Shown here: piece after piece, positions 23,784 through 33,582 of the stretch
How the letters are laid out: every line of letters begins with the position of its first letter
How positions within the stretch are numbered: the first letter of the stretch is position 1
Source: Clostridia bacterium DTU025
GTDB taxonomy: Bacteria > Bacillota > DTU025
Assembly (NCBI GenBank): GCA_001513145.1
Contig: LFSP01000037.1
Location: forward strand, 3,163 to 67,162
Direction of reading: 5' to 3'
DNA length: 64,000 bases
Translations under genes and position numbers: made by a program
The notes under the pieces: generated by a model
What the model was told of the DNA's origin: nothing
What the model saw: the letters and a program-made list of their open reading frames with translations, nothing else
Databases searched by the model: none

Positions 23784-26419
23784 TGTCGAAGCTCACTCCC
23801 ATGATGCGGCAGTACTTCGGCATACGGGACAAGTACCCCGGGTCCGTAGTGCTGTTCCGTCTGGGCGACTTCTACGAAGTGTTCGGCGACGACGCCAAGA
23901 CGGTGGCGGCGGAGCTCGGCATAGTGCTCACAGGCCGCGACGCCGGCGCAGAGCGGATTCCCATGTGCGGCGTTCCGCATCACTCCGTGGACGGCTACAT
24001 CGCCACGCTGGTGGGCAAGGGCTACAAGGTGGTCCTCGTTGACCAGGTGGAGGATCCGCGCTTCGCCAAGGGTCTGGTGAAACGGGAGGTCACAAGGGTC
24101 ATCACCCCTGGCACGTTTGTGGACAGGCTTGACCCCGGCAAGAACAACTACCTGATGTCGGTGGTTCCCACCGCCGCCGGCTGGGGGCTGGCTTTCTGTG
24201 ACGTGTCCACTGGCGAGCTCATGGCCACCGTGGTCCACGGAAACGACATCTCCCTCGTGCAGGAGGAAGTGGACAGGATCCAGCCCTCCGAGTGCATATT
24301 CCCGGGCGAAGAAGGTGACCCGTGCCCAATCTCAGGCGTGTCTACGTGGTATGTCAGGCCGGCCAGGGACTTCGACCTGCGAGCCGCCACCGAAACGCTC
24401 ATGGTGCAGTTTGGGGTTGCCAGTCTCGAGGGGTTTGGAGCCGCTGACATGGACCTGGCCGTGCGCGCCGCAGGCGGCCTGGTCTCCTATGTGAAGGAAA
24501 CACAGATGGGGGACGTGCCGCAGGTTTCCGGCATGCGCATCTACCATGTGAACGACTTCATGCGGGTCGACGCCGCCACCCGCCGCGCCCTCGACGTCGA
24601 AGGCCGGGAGCATAGCCTGATCAAGCTCATCGACGCAACGTGCACCGCCATGGGTAATCGGCAGCTCAGGGCCTGGCTGGAACGCCCCCTCCTGAGCCTT
24701 GACGAGATACGGCGCAGGCACGATGCCGTGGAGGAGCTCAGGGCCGACGTGTTCCTTCTTTCCGACGTGCGCGCGTGCATGAGCGACATGCACGACCTGC
24801 AGCGCACCTCCGCCCGCCTTGCCACCAGGCGCGCCGGCCCCCGCGACCTTCTGGCCATGGCCTCGTCGCTGGAGCGCTGCGCGGAGCTGCACGCGAGGCT
24901 CGACGGCGCCGGGCTTGAAAGCGCCCTGTTGCGCCAGCTGGCGTCGGAGGTGGACGGCTGCCCGGAGGCGGTCTCGCTGATACAGAGGGCCATCTCCGAC
25001 GACGCTCCCGCCTCCGCCTCCGAAGGCAATGTGGTGAGGCCGGGCTACAGCCAGGAAGTGGACGAGCTGAGGCTCGCCAAGAAGCAGGGTCACCAGTGGC
25101 TGTTGGGGCTGGAGTCGCGCGAGCGAGAGCGTACCGGCATCAAGTCGCTGAAGGTCGGGTTCAACCAGGTGTTCGGCTACTACATAGAGGTGACCAAGGC
25201 CAACATCCACCTGGTCCCCGACGACTACGTGCGCAAGCAGACCCTGGTCAACGCCGAGCGCTACATCACCGACGAGCTGAAGCAGCTTGAGACGAAGATC
25301 CTCGGCGCCGAGGAGAGGCTGTCGCAGCTGGAATCGGCAATATTCGGGCAAGTCGTCGAAGAAGTGGCGAAACACCTCCCGTCCCTGCTCAGGACGGCGT
25401 CCGCCGTCGCCGCTCTGGACGTTCTGGCCTCCTTCGCCGACACCGCCCGCGCCCACAACTACGTGCGCCCCGAGATCACCGCCGACCGAGTGACCATGAT
25501 CTCCGAGGCGCGCCATCCCATGCTTGAGCAGCTCTTGGGGCCGGGCAGGTACGTTCCCAGCGACATCTCGTGCGACGCTGGCGACGGCCGCGTCCTGATC
25601 ATTACGGGCCCCAACATGGCGGGCAAGTCAACGGTGCTGGCCACCGTGGGCCTCCTGACGCTGCTTGCGCAGGCCGGCTCGTTCGTGCCGGCGAAAAGCG
25701 CCAAGCTGGGCATATGCGACGCCATCTACTACCGCACCGGCTCTTACGATGACCTCGGGATGGGAAAGAGCAGTTTCATGGTGGAGACCCTAGAGATGGC
25801 AAGCATCCTCAACACCGCCACCGAGCGCAGCCTCATCCTCGTGGACGAGCTGGGCCGCGGCACCAGCACCTACGACGGCATGGCTCTGGCGTGGGCGGTG
25901 GTGGAGTACATCCACGACCAGGTGGGCGCCCGCACGTTCTTCACCACGCACTACCACGAGCTTGCGGCGCTGGAGGAGCGCCTGCCGTATGTGCGCAACT
26001 ACCACGTGGGCGCCGCCGAGCGCGGCGGGGAGCTCACCTTCCTGTACAGGCTCACCCGCGGCAGCGTCGACAGGAGCTACGGTCTGAACGTGGCCAGGAT
26101 GGCCGGGATGCCCCGAAGCGTGCTGCGGCGTGCAGGCCAGATCCTCAAGGAGCTGCAGAGGCAGTCGGGGTCGCAGGGGAGCCAGATGACGCTCTTCGGA
26201 TGGGACGACGTTGCCGCATCCGATGCCGCCCCTGGAGACACCGAGCCTGAGCCGGCTGGCGGGGCGCCGGAGCACGGGAACTTCCAGGGAAGCGACGGCG
26301 AGGGCATCGCCATAGGCCGCAGACTGCGCCAGGCCCTCTCGGAGGTGAACCCTGACCGGCTGACGCCTCTTGAGGCGCTCAAGGTGCTGTACGAGCTGAA
26401 GGGCATGGTGAACCAGTAA
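23783..26419 (+). CDS. mutS: DNA mismatch repair protein MutS
   Basis: MSKLTPMMRQYFGIRDKYPG...FYEVFGDDA, Walker A GPNMAGKST, and DELGRGTSTYDG. The start overlaps the miaB stop; the upstream part of ORF 23414-26419 is junk. Confidence 0.95.
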   Translation: MSKLTPMMRQYFGIRDKYPGSVVLFRLGDFYEVFGDDAKTVAAELGIVLTGRDAGAERIPMCGVPHHSVDGYIATLVGKGYKVVLVDQVEDPRFAKGLVKREVTRVITPGTFVDRLDPGKNNYLMSVVPTAAGWGLAFCDVSTGELMATVVHGNDISLVQEEVDRIQPSECIFPGEEGDPCPISGVSTWYVRPARDFDLRAATETLMVQFGVASLEGFGAADMDLAVRAAGGLVSYVKETQMGDVPQVSGMRIYHVNDFMRVDAATRRALDVEGREHSLIKLIDATCTAMGNRQLRAWLERPLLSLDEIRRRHDAVEELRADVFLLSDVRACMSDMHDLQRTSARLATRRAGPRDLLAMASSLERCAELHARLDGAGLESALLRQLASEVDGCPEAVSLIQRAISDDAPASASEGNVVRPGYSQEVDELRLAKKQGHQWLLGLESRERERTGIKSLKVGFNQVFGYYIEVTKANIHLVPDDYVRKQTLVNAERYITDELKQLETKILGAEERLSQLESAIFGQVVEEVAKHLPSLLRTASAVAALDVLASFADTARAHNYVRPEITADRVTMISEARHPMLEQLLGPGRYVPSDISCDAGDGRVLIITGPNMAGKSTVLATVGLLTLLAQAGSFVPAKSAKLGICDAIYYRTGSYDDLGMGKSSFMVETLEMASILNTATERSLILVDELGRGTSTYDGMALAWAVVEYIHDQVGARTFFTTHYHELAALEERLPYVRNYHVGAAERGGELTFLYRLTRGSVDRSYGLNVARMAGMPRSVLRRAGQILKELQRQSGSQGSQMTLFGWDDVAASDAAPGDTEPEPAGGAPEHGNFQGSDGEGIAIGRRLRQALSEVNPDRLTPLEALKVLYELKGMVNQ

Positions 26420-26444
26420 GAGGAGCGCGAGGGGAGCGTAGGCA

Positions 26445-28220
26445 GTGACCAGCAGGATACACCGTCTTTCGCCTGAAGTTGCCAACAGGATAGCCGCCGG
26501 CGAGGTGGTGGAACGCCCCGCCTCGGTGGTCAAAGAGCTCGTGGAGAACGCCGTCGATGCCGGAGCCTCGCAGGTTGCCATCGAGGTGGAGAGCGGGGGC
26601 CTGAGCCTCATACGCGTCATCGACGACGGCTGCGGCATGAGCCCCGAAGATGCCCTCCTGGCGTTCGAACGCCACGCCACCAGCAAGATAACCAGCGCCG
26701 ACCAGCTTGAGAGCATATGCACCATGGGCTTCCGCGGCGAGGCCCTGCCCAGCGTGGCCTCGGTGAGCCGGGTGCGCCTGGTAACCAGGGAGCGGGGTGC
26801 CGAGCACGCGGTGGAAGTGACAGGCGAGGGCACGGACCTCAAGGGGCCAGTGCCCCTGCAGGCAGGCTTCGGCACCACCGTCGAGGTGAGGGACCTCTTC
26901 TTCAACACGCCGGCGCGCCTGAAGTACCTGCGCACACCTTCCACGGAGAACCGTCGCATCATTGAGACGGTCTCCAGGCTGGTGCTGGCCCACCCCGGCG
27001 TGGGCTTCTCCCTCTGGGTGGACCGGCGAAAGGTGCTCTCGACGCCGGCGGGCGGAAGCCTCCAGGACGCCATGGCCGAAGTTCTGGGCGTCGACACCGC
27101 CCGGGGCATGATCCCCGTGAGCTACGAGGCAGACGGCATCACGGTCGCCGGCTACATCGGCGCCCCAGAGGTGGCCCGTTCGGGGCGCGACGGCCAGTAC
27201 ACAGCGGTGAACGGCAGGCCCGTCACGTCCAAGACCGTCTGGTCCGCCGTGGACAAGGCCTATGACCGTTCGGTGGCCGCGGGCCGGAAGGCCCTGGTGG
27301 TGCTCTCGATAACCCTTCCCCCAGAGCGCGTGGACGTTAACGTGCACCCCGCCAAGACCGAGGTGCGCTTCGCCTCCGACGGGCAGGTGTACTCCGCCGT
27401 GCACCGGGCGGTCGTCGCCGGGCTCCGCACCATGGAGGCGGCCCCAAGGATGATGCCCGTGCCGCAGCAGGCGTCCGGTCCGCAGCCGCACGCAACGCCG
27501 CCCGCCCGCGAGAGGCAGGTGCGGCTGTTCGACGGGGCCGGCGAGATCGCCCACGCCGGGGCCGGGGCAGTCTGCGAGCGGCCTGACAGCCCCTACGGCG
27601 CACAGATGCCCGCCGAGATCCCCAGGGTCATCGGTCAGCTCGCCAGGTCTTACATCCTTCTTGAGGGCGACGAAGGCCTCATCATCGTGGACCAGCACGT
27701 GGCCCATGAGCGGGTGCTGGTGGAGAAGTACAGGCGCCAGTGGCTGGAGCGCAAGCCCGAGATGCAGCTCCTTCTGGAGCCGCAGATCATCAGCGTATCC
27801 GCCTCCGAGATGCAGGCCGTCATCGACGGCGCCCCGGCCCTCCGCCGCATGGGCTTTGAGGTGGAGCCCTTCGGCTCCACTGCCGTGGCGGTGCGGGGCA
27901 TACCTTCCACCGCCGTGCGCATCGGCGCCGCCAGGGCGCTGGCTGCTGCAGTGGACGGTCTCACCGGCGCGGCGCCCTCCGCCGAAGAGCTGCGCCTTCC
28001 GGGCGCGCCGCCTGGTCTTCCAGAAGAAGTGGACCGAGTTGCCGTGTCGCTGGCCTGTCACACCGCCATCAGGGCCGGCGAGGCGCTTGACCGCACGGAG
28101 ATGGAAGCCCTGGTGAGGGCGCTGTTGTCTGCCGAGGACCCGTTTAGGTGCCCGCACGGTCGCCCTGTGGTGACCGTCGTGCCGCTGGCCCAGATCGAAA
28201 AGGGGTTTGGCCGCCGATGA
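26445..28220 (+). CDS. mutL: DNA mismatch repair endonuclease MutL
   Basis: IAAGEVVERPASVVKELVENAVDAGA, GFRGEALPS, and C-terminal CPHGRP. Confidence 0.95.
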   Translation: MTSRIHRLSPEVANRIAAGEVVERPASVVKELVENAVDAGASQVAIEVESGGLSLIRVIDDGCGMSPEDALLAFERHATSKITSADQLESICTMGFRGEALPSVASVSRVRLVTRERGAEHAVEVTGEGTDLKGPVPLQAGFGTTVEVRDLFFNTPARLKYLRTPSTENRRIIETVSRLVLAHPGVGFSLWVDRRKVLSTPAGGSLQDAMAEVLGVDTARGMIPVSYEADGITVAGYIGAPEVARSGRDGQYTAVNGRPVTSKTVWSAVDKAYDRSVAAGRKALVVLSITLPPERVDVNVHPAKTEVRFASDGQVYSAVHRAVVAGLRTMEAAPRMMPVPQQASGPQPHATPPARERQVRLFDGAGEIAHAGAGAVCERPDSPYGAQMPAEIPRVIGQLARSYILLEGDEGLIIVDQHVAHERVLVEKYRRQWLERKPEMQLLLEPQIISVSASEMQAVIDGAPALRRMGFEVEPFGSTAVAVRGIPSTAVRIGAARALAAAVDGLTGAAPSAEELRLPGAPPGLPEEVDRVAVSLACHTAIRAGEALDRTEMEALVRALLSAEDPFRCPHGRPVVTVVPLAQIEKGFGRR

Positions 28221-29086
28221 GCGGCATCGTGGTGACCACCGGCGTCAAGAGCGGCGCCCGCGAGCGCGAGCTCGCCAAGGCGGTCGCAACTGAGCTGGGC
28301 GCGCCCTTCGTGCCCCGCGGCGGAAGGTCGCTTGCGAAGGTGGCCCAGCTCGCCTCCTTATCCTGGAGACGCCCAGCTGAGCCAGGGGAAGGGGAGGGCG
28401 ACGACGGGCCCAGGATCCGCGGAGCGCTGGTTGCCACCACGCAGGGCCTGAACCTTGTGGACCTGGACGACCCAGACTCGCCTCCGCTGTTCTTTCATCC
28501 AGGCATGGCCCTGAACCGCATAAGGAGGCTCCTTGCCGGCGGGCAGGACCACATGGTGGACGCCATGGGCCTGGCCGGCGGCATGAAGGTGCTGGACTGC
28601 ACCTTGGGCATGGCTGCCGACGCCATAGTGGCGTCGCACGTGGTGGGCCCGGAGGGGCAGGTGGTTGGCCTCGAGGTGAGCCCGCTGGTGGCCGCCGTGG
28701 TCAGGCACGGCCTGGCAGAATACAAGGTGGGGGGAGCTGAGGTCAACGCAGCCATGAGACGAATCTCCGTGGTGAACTGCGACTGCCGCCAGTACCTGGC
28801 CGCGGCCGCACCTGGCAGCTTCGATGTTGTCTACTTCGACCCGATGTTCCGCAGGCCAGTCGAGGCGTCGCCAGGCATCGCGGGGCTGCGGCGGTGGGCG
28901 TGTCATGCGCCCATCGATGAGGAGACCTTCAACATGGCGCTGCGCGCGGCCTCGTCTGCTGTGGTGTTAAAGACCCGCCGGTACGCCCGGCCGCCTGCGT
29001 GGAGGGAGCCTGATCGGGTGGCTGGAGGGGCATCAAGCACCGTGAAGTATCTGGTGTGGAGGACTGGTCCGCAGGATGCCCAGTGA
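28217..29086 (+). CDS. Class I SAM-dependent methyltransferase, RsmJ-like (DUF548-type)
   Basis: VLDCTLGMAADAIVAS...GLEVSPLVAAVVRHGL...FDVVYFDPMF. ATG 28217 overlaps the mutL stop. Confidence 0.65.
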   Translation: MSGIVVTTGVKSGARERELAKAVATELGAPFVPRGGRSLAKVAQLASLSWRRPAEPGEGEGDDGPRIRGALVATTQGLNLVDLDDPDSPPLFFHPGMALNRIRRLLAGGQDHMVDAMGLAGGMKVLDCTLGMAADAIVASHVVGPEGQVVGLEVSPLVAAVVRHGLAEYKVGGAEVNAAMRRISVVNCDCRQYLAAAAPGSFDVVYFDPMFRRPVEASPGIAGLRRWACHAPIDEETFNMALRAASSAVVLKTRRYARPPAWREPDRVAGGASSTVKYLVWRTGPQDAQ

Positions 29087-30047
29087 GCCGAAGGTCATTG
29101 CCATAGTTGGGCCCACAGCAAGCGGCAAGTCCGCGGTTGGGCTGGAGCTGGCCCTGGCGCTAGACGGCGAGATCGTGTCAGCCGACTCCATGCAGGTGTA
29201 CGTGGGCATGGACATAGGCACGGCGAAGGCCACACCCGAGGAACGCGCGCTTGTTCCACACCACCTGATAGATGTGGCGCAGCCGGACGAGATCTTCTCG
29301 GTGGCCAGATACCAGGAGCTGGCTGGCGCTGCCGTGGAGGATATCTGGGCAAGGGGCAGGCTTCCGGTGCTGGTGGGCGGCACCGGCCTGTACGTGGACG
29401 CCCTGATCTATGGCTTCCTCTTTCCCGATGAGGGAAGGAACCCCGCCATTCGCGCGGAGCTGGAGCGCAAGGCGCAAGAGGTGGGCGTGGCCGCCCTTCA
29501 CGACAGGCTTCGTTCGGTGGATCCGAAGGCGGCGGCCCGCATACACCACAACGACCTCAGGCGCATCGTGCGGGCCCTTGAGGTGTACCAGGTCACCGGC
29601 GTTCCCATCTCCGAGATGCAGCGTCGCCACAGGGGCGGAAAGCGCTACGACGCGCGGCTGTTCGGCCTCACCATGAGCAGGCAGCAACTGGTGAAGCGGA
29701 TCAACGATAGGGTGGACCAAATGGTGGAGCAGGGCTTGCTGGACGAGGTCAGGCGCCTGTTGGGGGCGGGATACGGGCCGGAGCTCACGTCGATGCAGGC
29801 CATAGGCTACAAGGAGTTCGCCGAATACGTGCGGGGAGAGGCCACCCTGGAGGAGGCCCTGGAGAGGATCAAGGTGGGAACCCGCAGGTATGCCAAGCGT
29901 CAAATGACTTGGTTCAAGCGCAATACTGACATCGAATGGATCAACATGGACGACTACGCCACGCCTGCGGAGGCGGCAGCATACATCGGCCAGGCCACCG
30001 CCGAGTGGCTTGATGAGGCAGGATACTCAGTTGAACGAGAGAGATAG
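29076..30047 (+). CDS. miaA: tRNA dimethylallyltransferase
   Basis: P-loop IVGPTASGKS, SADSMQVYVGMDIGTAK, HHLID, and YAKRQMTWF. Confidence 0.95.
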   Translation: MPSEPKVIAIVGPTASGKSAVGLELALALDGEIVSADSMQVYVGMDIGTAKATPEERALVPHHLIDVAQPDEIFSVARYQELAGAAVEDIWARGRLPVLVGGTGLYVDALIYGFLFPDEGRNPAIRAELERKAQEVGVAALHDRLRSVDPKAAARIHHNDLRRIVRALEVYQVTGVPISEMQRRHRGGKRYDARLFGLTMSRQQLVKRINDRVDQMVEQGLLDEVRRLLGAGYGPELTSMQAIGYKEFAEYVRGEATLEEALERIKVGTRRYAKRQMTWFKRNTDIEWINMDDYATPAEAAAYIGQATAEWLDEAGYSVERER

Positions 30048-31311
30048 GCGAATAGCAAGGATCCTGGACGTGCCTGAGGAGCTCATGGGGCTTGCCGCCG
30101 AAGCCAGGGCGGAAGTGGCTATGGACGTGGATAGAATTGAGGCCATATGCAGGGAGAACACCGCCAGGGTGCTGACTGCCATGGCCGCGGCCGACCTCAG
30201 GGACTACCACTTCGGCGGCACTGAGGGCTACGGCTACGACGACACCGGCCGCGACGCGCTGGAGCGCGCCTTCGCGCTGGCCTTCGGGGCTGAGGCCGCC
30301 CTTGTGAGGATCCAGATGGTGTCGGGTACCCACGCCCTGGCGTGCGTGCTGCTGGGGATACTGCGCCCCGGTGACCTTTTGGTTTGTGCGTACGGCGAGC
30401 CCTACGACACGCTGCGCACGGTGATAGGCATCTCGGGTGCAGCTGCCGGGTCGCTCCTGAGTATGGGCGTGAGTTACCTCCAGGTGCCGCCGGCGGCACA
30501 CGGCGAGCCAGATCTGGACGGCATCGCTGAGGCAGCGGCCGGAGCCCGCATGGTGCTGGTGCAGCGTTCCAGGGGCTATTCATGGAGGCCGCCGCTCTCC
30601 ATCGAGGACATAGGGCGCATAAGCCAACGCGTGGCCCAGGCCAACCCTGAGGCTATAGTGTTCGTTGACAACTGTTACGGGGAGTTCACCGAGGTGGCGG
30701 AGCCCACCATGGTAGGGGCTCACGTTGCCGCCGGGTCCCTGATAAAGAACCCCGGAGGCGGCATAGCTCCGTCCGGCGGATACGTTGTGGGCAAGAGCGA
30801 CCTGGTGGAGCTGGCGGCGACGCGCCTCACTGCCCCTGGACTCGGGTCGCACCTCGGTCCGACGCTGGGGCACACCCGGCTTCTGGCGCAGGGGCTGTTC
30901 CTGGCGCCCAGGGTCACGGCAGAGGCGCTGGCCGGCTCGGCCTTCGCCGCAGCCTTCCTGAGGCGGCTGGGCCATGAGGTGTCGCCGCTTCCAGGGGAGG
31001 CCAGAAGCGACACGGTGCTGTGCGTGCGCCTGGGCTCGCCGGAGAGGGTGAAGGCCTTCTGCGCGGCGGTGCAGGCCTCGTCGCCTGTGGACGCCGCCAT
31101 CACCCCGGTGCCCGACGACATGCCAGGCTATTCCGACAAAGTGATAATGGCAGCCGGGGCCTTCGTCCAGGGCTCGTCGATAGAGCTGTCGGCGGACGCG
31201 CCCATGCGCGAGCCGTACGACGTGTTCCTTCAGGGAGGTCTCATCAGGCACCAGGTGGAGTTCGCCATGCTGAGATACGCAGCGTGGCTCTACAGGAACG
31301 AGGGTCTGTGA
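30010..31311 (+). CDS. Methionine gamma-lyase family / aluminium-resistance (YnbB-like) PLP protein
   Basis: FGGTEGYGYDDTGRDALERAFALAFGAEAALVR.Q.VSGTHAL and GSLIKNPGGGIAPSGGY are characteristic of the family as I recall it. Confidence 0.75.
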   Translation: MMRQDTQLNERDRRIARILDVPEELMGLAAEARAEVAMDVDRIEAICRENTARVLTAMAAADLRDYHFGGTEGYGYDDTGRDALERAFALAFGAEAALVRIQMVSGTHALACVLLGILRPGDLLVCAYGEPYDTLRTVIGISGAAAGSLLSMGVSYLQVPPAAHGEPDLDGIAEAAAGARMVLVQRSRGYSWRPPLSIEDIGRISQRVAQANPEAIVFVDNCYGEFTEVAEPTMVGAHVAAGSLIKNPGGGIAPSGGYVVGKSDLVELAATRLTAPGLGSHLGPTLGHTRLLAQGLFLAPRVTAEALAGSAFAAAFLRRLGHEVSPLPGEARSDTVLCVRLGSPERVKAFCAAVQASSPVDAAITPVPDDMPGYSDKVIMAAGAFVQGSSIELSADAPMREPYDVFLQGGLIRHQVEFAMLRYAAWLYRNEGL

Positions 31312-32561
31312 TGCCGAACAGTGCATCGGGAGGGAGAGTTCGTATGCAGCGGACGCCGAGTCGCGTCGCCCATATGATGCTGTTGGTTTGCACCGCGGTC
31401 GCCCTGGCGATATGGCTTGGGCTGGGGCTGGCTCCTCCGGCTGCAGGGGCGGCACGCGCGTTTGATGGCCTGCCGGCAGACGGGCCGCGGCTTGCCTGGC
31501 AGCTGGAGAGCGTGTCAGTGTACCAGCAGGCTCCGGCGGTGGCGGTGTGGCGGATCCGCGGCTACCTGCCCTCGGGTTTGAATAGACTGACTCTCTCGCC
31601 GGTGCCAAACGGGATAGAGCCGGGATCCATCGTCGCCACGGTGGAGGCCGGACACGGCGAGATCACGGCCGTGACTCATTCCGTCGCAGATCGTCAGGTA
31701 CAGGTGCAGATCGTGATGCCCGAATGGGGGGAGGCCGCGGTCAGGCTGATCTACACCTTCCCCGGCCTCACCTGGAGCGCATCGTACAGCGCCCGTGTCG
31801 ACGGCGCCGGGGAACAGGTAGCCTTCCACGGCTGGCGGAGGCTCACCAACACCAGCGGCGTGGACCTGCCTCCCACGATGGTGCAGATGGTTGCCGGGCC
31901 CTCCAATCACCTGGGCCAGATGGCCCAGTACAGGGGCGGGGCAGAGCTGAAGCATACGTCCATCCAGGTGCCTCTGCGTCAGGGGCTGCCTGACGGCGCC
32001 GAGATCCTCACGCCCATCGCCAGCCTGTCCCAGGTGCCTGCGAGGCTCCTGCACGTTCTGGATCGCATCCCGCTGACCGCGCAGGAGACCGGCGCCCCTC
32101 GGGAACAGGTGCAGGCTGCGCTGGGTTTGGAAATCATGCTGCCCGCAGATGGGCAGGATGTGAGCTATCCCTTGCCGGCCGGGGAGCTCCGGGTGTACTC
32201 GTGCCTGCCGGACGGGTCCACTTTCCTTCTGGGCAAGGACGTGCTCCAGGCCGCCGCCGGCGCCGGGCCGGTCATCGCGGTGTTGGATCCCACCCCTGCG
32301 CTGCGGGCGGAGAAGTGGCGCACGGACCAGAGGAGGATAGGCACCGGCTCAGTGGAGGAGGCCTACCAGATCAAGCTGCTGAACTACGGAGCTTACGATG
32401 CGCAGGTGCTGTTGATCGAGGCCTTCCCCGGCGACTGGACCATCCTGCAGAGCACCCCGGTGGTGCCGACGAGGAACGCCGAGGGGATGGCGCAGTTCAC
32501 CCTGACTGTGAGGGCAGGCGAGAGGGTAGAGCTGCTGTACCGCGTCAGGTACACGCAGTAG
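31311..32561 (+). CDS. Secreted DUF4140/DUF4139-like protein
   Basis: Signal/anchor MMLLVCTAVALAIWLGLGLA. N-terminal VSVYQQAPAVAVWRIRGYLPSGLNRLTL and C-terminal YQIKLLNYGAYDAQVLLIEAFPGDW...ERVELLYRVRY resemble that family. Confidence 0.5.
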   Translation: MPNSASGGRVRMQRTPSRVAHMMLLVCTAVALAIWLGLGLAPPAAGAARAFDGLPADGPRLAWQLESVSVYQQAPAVAVWRIRGYLPSGLNRLTLSPVPNGIEPGSIVATVEAGHGEITAVTHSVADRQVQVQIVMPEWGEAAVRLIYTFPGLTWSASYSARVDGAGEQVAFHGWRRLTNTSGVDLPPTMVQMVAGPSNHLGQMAQYRGGAELKHTSIQVPLRQGLPDGAEILTPIASLSQVPARLLHVLDRIPLTAQETGAPREQVQAALGLEIMLPADGQDVSYPLPAGELRVYSCLPDGSTFLLGKDVLQAAAGAGPVIAVLDPTPALRAEKWRTDQRRIGTGSVEEAYQIKLLNYGAYDAQVLLIEAFPGDWTILQSTPVVPTRNAEGMAQFTLTVRAGERVELLYRVRYTQ

Positions 32562-32579
32562 GAAGGCGGTGCCGGAGGG

Positions 32580-33443
32580 TTGTCATTTCCCCGCGGAGAG
32601 GTACGCTCCAACTCGTGGGGCCAGTGCGTGGTGATAGAGGAGCCCCTGGAGGCGCCGGGCAGGCCTGCGCCGCCGCTTCCGGGGTGGATCGGGCACCCGG
32701 GCGCACTGGAGTCCATCGCGTGCAATCTGAAGCTGGTGCGCGGCATCGGTCCCGTGACCGAGCGACGCCTCAGGGACGAGGGCTATAGCGACGTATACAG
32801 TCTTCAGGAACATCCAAGATGGGGCAGTGGCGCGCAGACGGTGATCCGCTGGATAGAGGAGCGGGACTGGGCGTCGCTCCTGTCAAGAAAGGCTTCTGAC
32901 CTCGGCCTTCTGGGCCTGTGCGATCCGGAGCACACGGTATTTCTTGATATTGAGACTACGGGCCTCTCGGCATCGGCTCCGCTGTTCATGGTCGGCATGC
33001 TTCTTCCGGCCAGCTCTGGCCTGCGACTGTGCCAGATCTTCGCCAGGGACTACGACGAGGAGCCGGCGGTGCTGGAGGAGGCGGTGGCGCGGCTGTCGTC
33101 GGCTCACGCTGTGGTGACGTATAACGGGCGATGCTTCGACGTGCCCTTCATCCATCGGAGGCTGGCGTACCACGGCCGCGATGAGGCCTTCACCGGCCTC
33201 GTGGTGGACCTTCTGACCCACACCAGGCGGGCATACCGTTCCTACCTTCCGAACTGCCGTCTTGCCACGGTTCAGACCTCCATCTTGGGAACTCCCCGCG
33301 AGGGGGACATCCCCAGCGAGCTCATCCCTGAGCTATATCAGACCTTCGTGCGCACCGGCGATGCCGACGTCATCCTGCCTGTCATCGACCACAACGAGCT
33401 TGATCTCCTGGCCATGGCCGACCTGCTTCCTAGGCTCGCGTAG
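32580..33443 (+). CDS. RNase H-like (YprB-type) 3'-5' exonuclease domain protein with an N-terminal helix-hairpin-helix
   Basis: LVRGIGPVTERRLRDEGY, then VFLDIETTGLS...VVTYNGRCFDVPFIHRRL...HNELDLLAMA. Start uncertain. Confidence 0.65.
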   Translation: MSFPRGEVRSNSWGQCVVIEEPLEAPGRPAPPLPGWIGHPGALESIACNLKLVRGIGPVTERRLRDEGYSDVYSLQEHPRWGSGAQTVIRWIEERDWASLLSRKASDLGLLGLCDPEHTVFLDIETTGLSASAPLFMVGMLLPASSGLRLCQIFARDYDEEPAVLEEAVARLSSAHAVVTYNGRCFDVPFIHRRLAYHGRDEAFTGLVVDLLTHTRRAYRSYLPNCRLATVQTSILGTPREGDIPSELIPELYQTFVRTGDADVILPVIDHNELDLLAMADLLPRLA

Positions 33444-33582
33444 TGGCCCGTCAAAGCCCCCCAGAAAATAGCGCGCGCAGATCCCGCCCGGCATAACATG
33501 GCCCCCGCATCATATAGATGTAACGTCAGAGCGCAGGTACAACCCGCGTCCGTTCTGCGCACGATGCGAGGGGGGCAAGCGG

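Noticed and set aside
33444-33582. Sigma-E type promoter upstream of spoIVA (GCATAAC ... CATATAGA)
   Set aside because: Only a loose match to the -35/-10 consensus as I remember it, and spacing is uncertain. Not reported as a feature.
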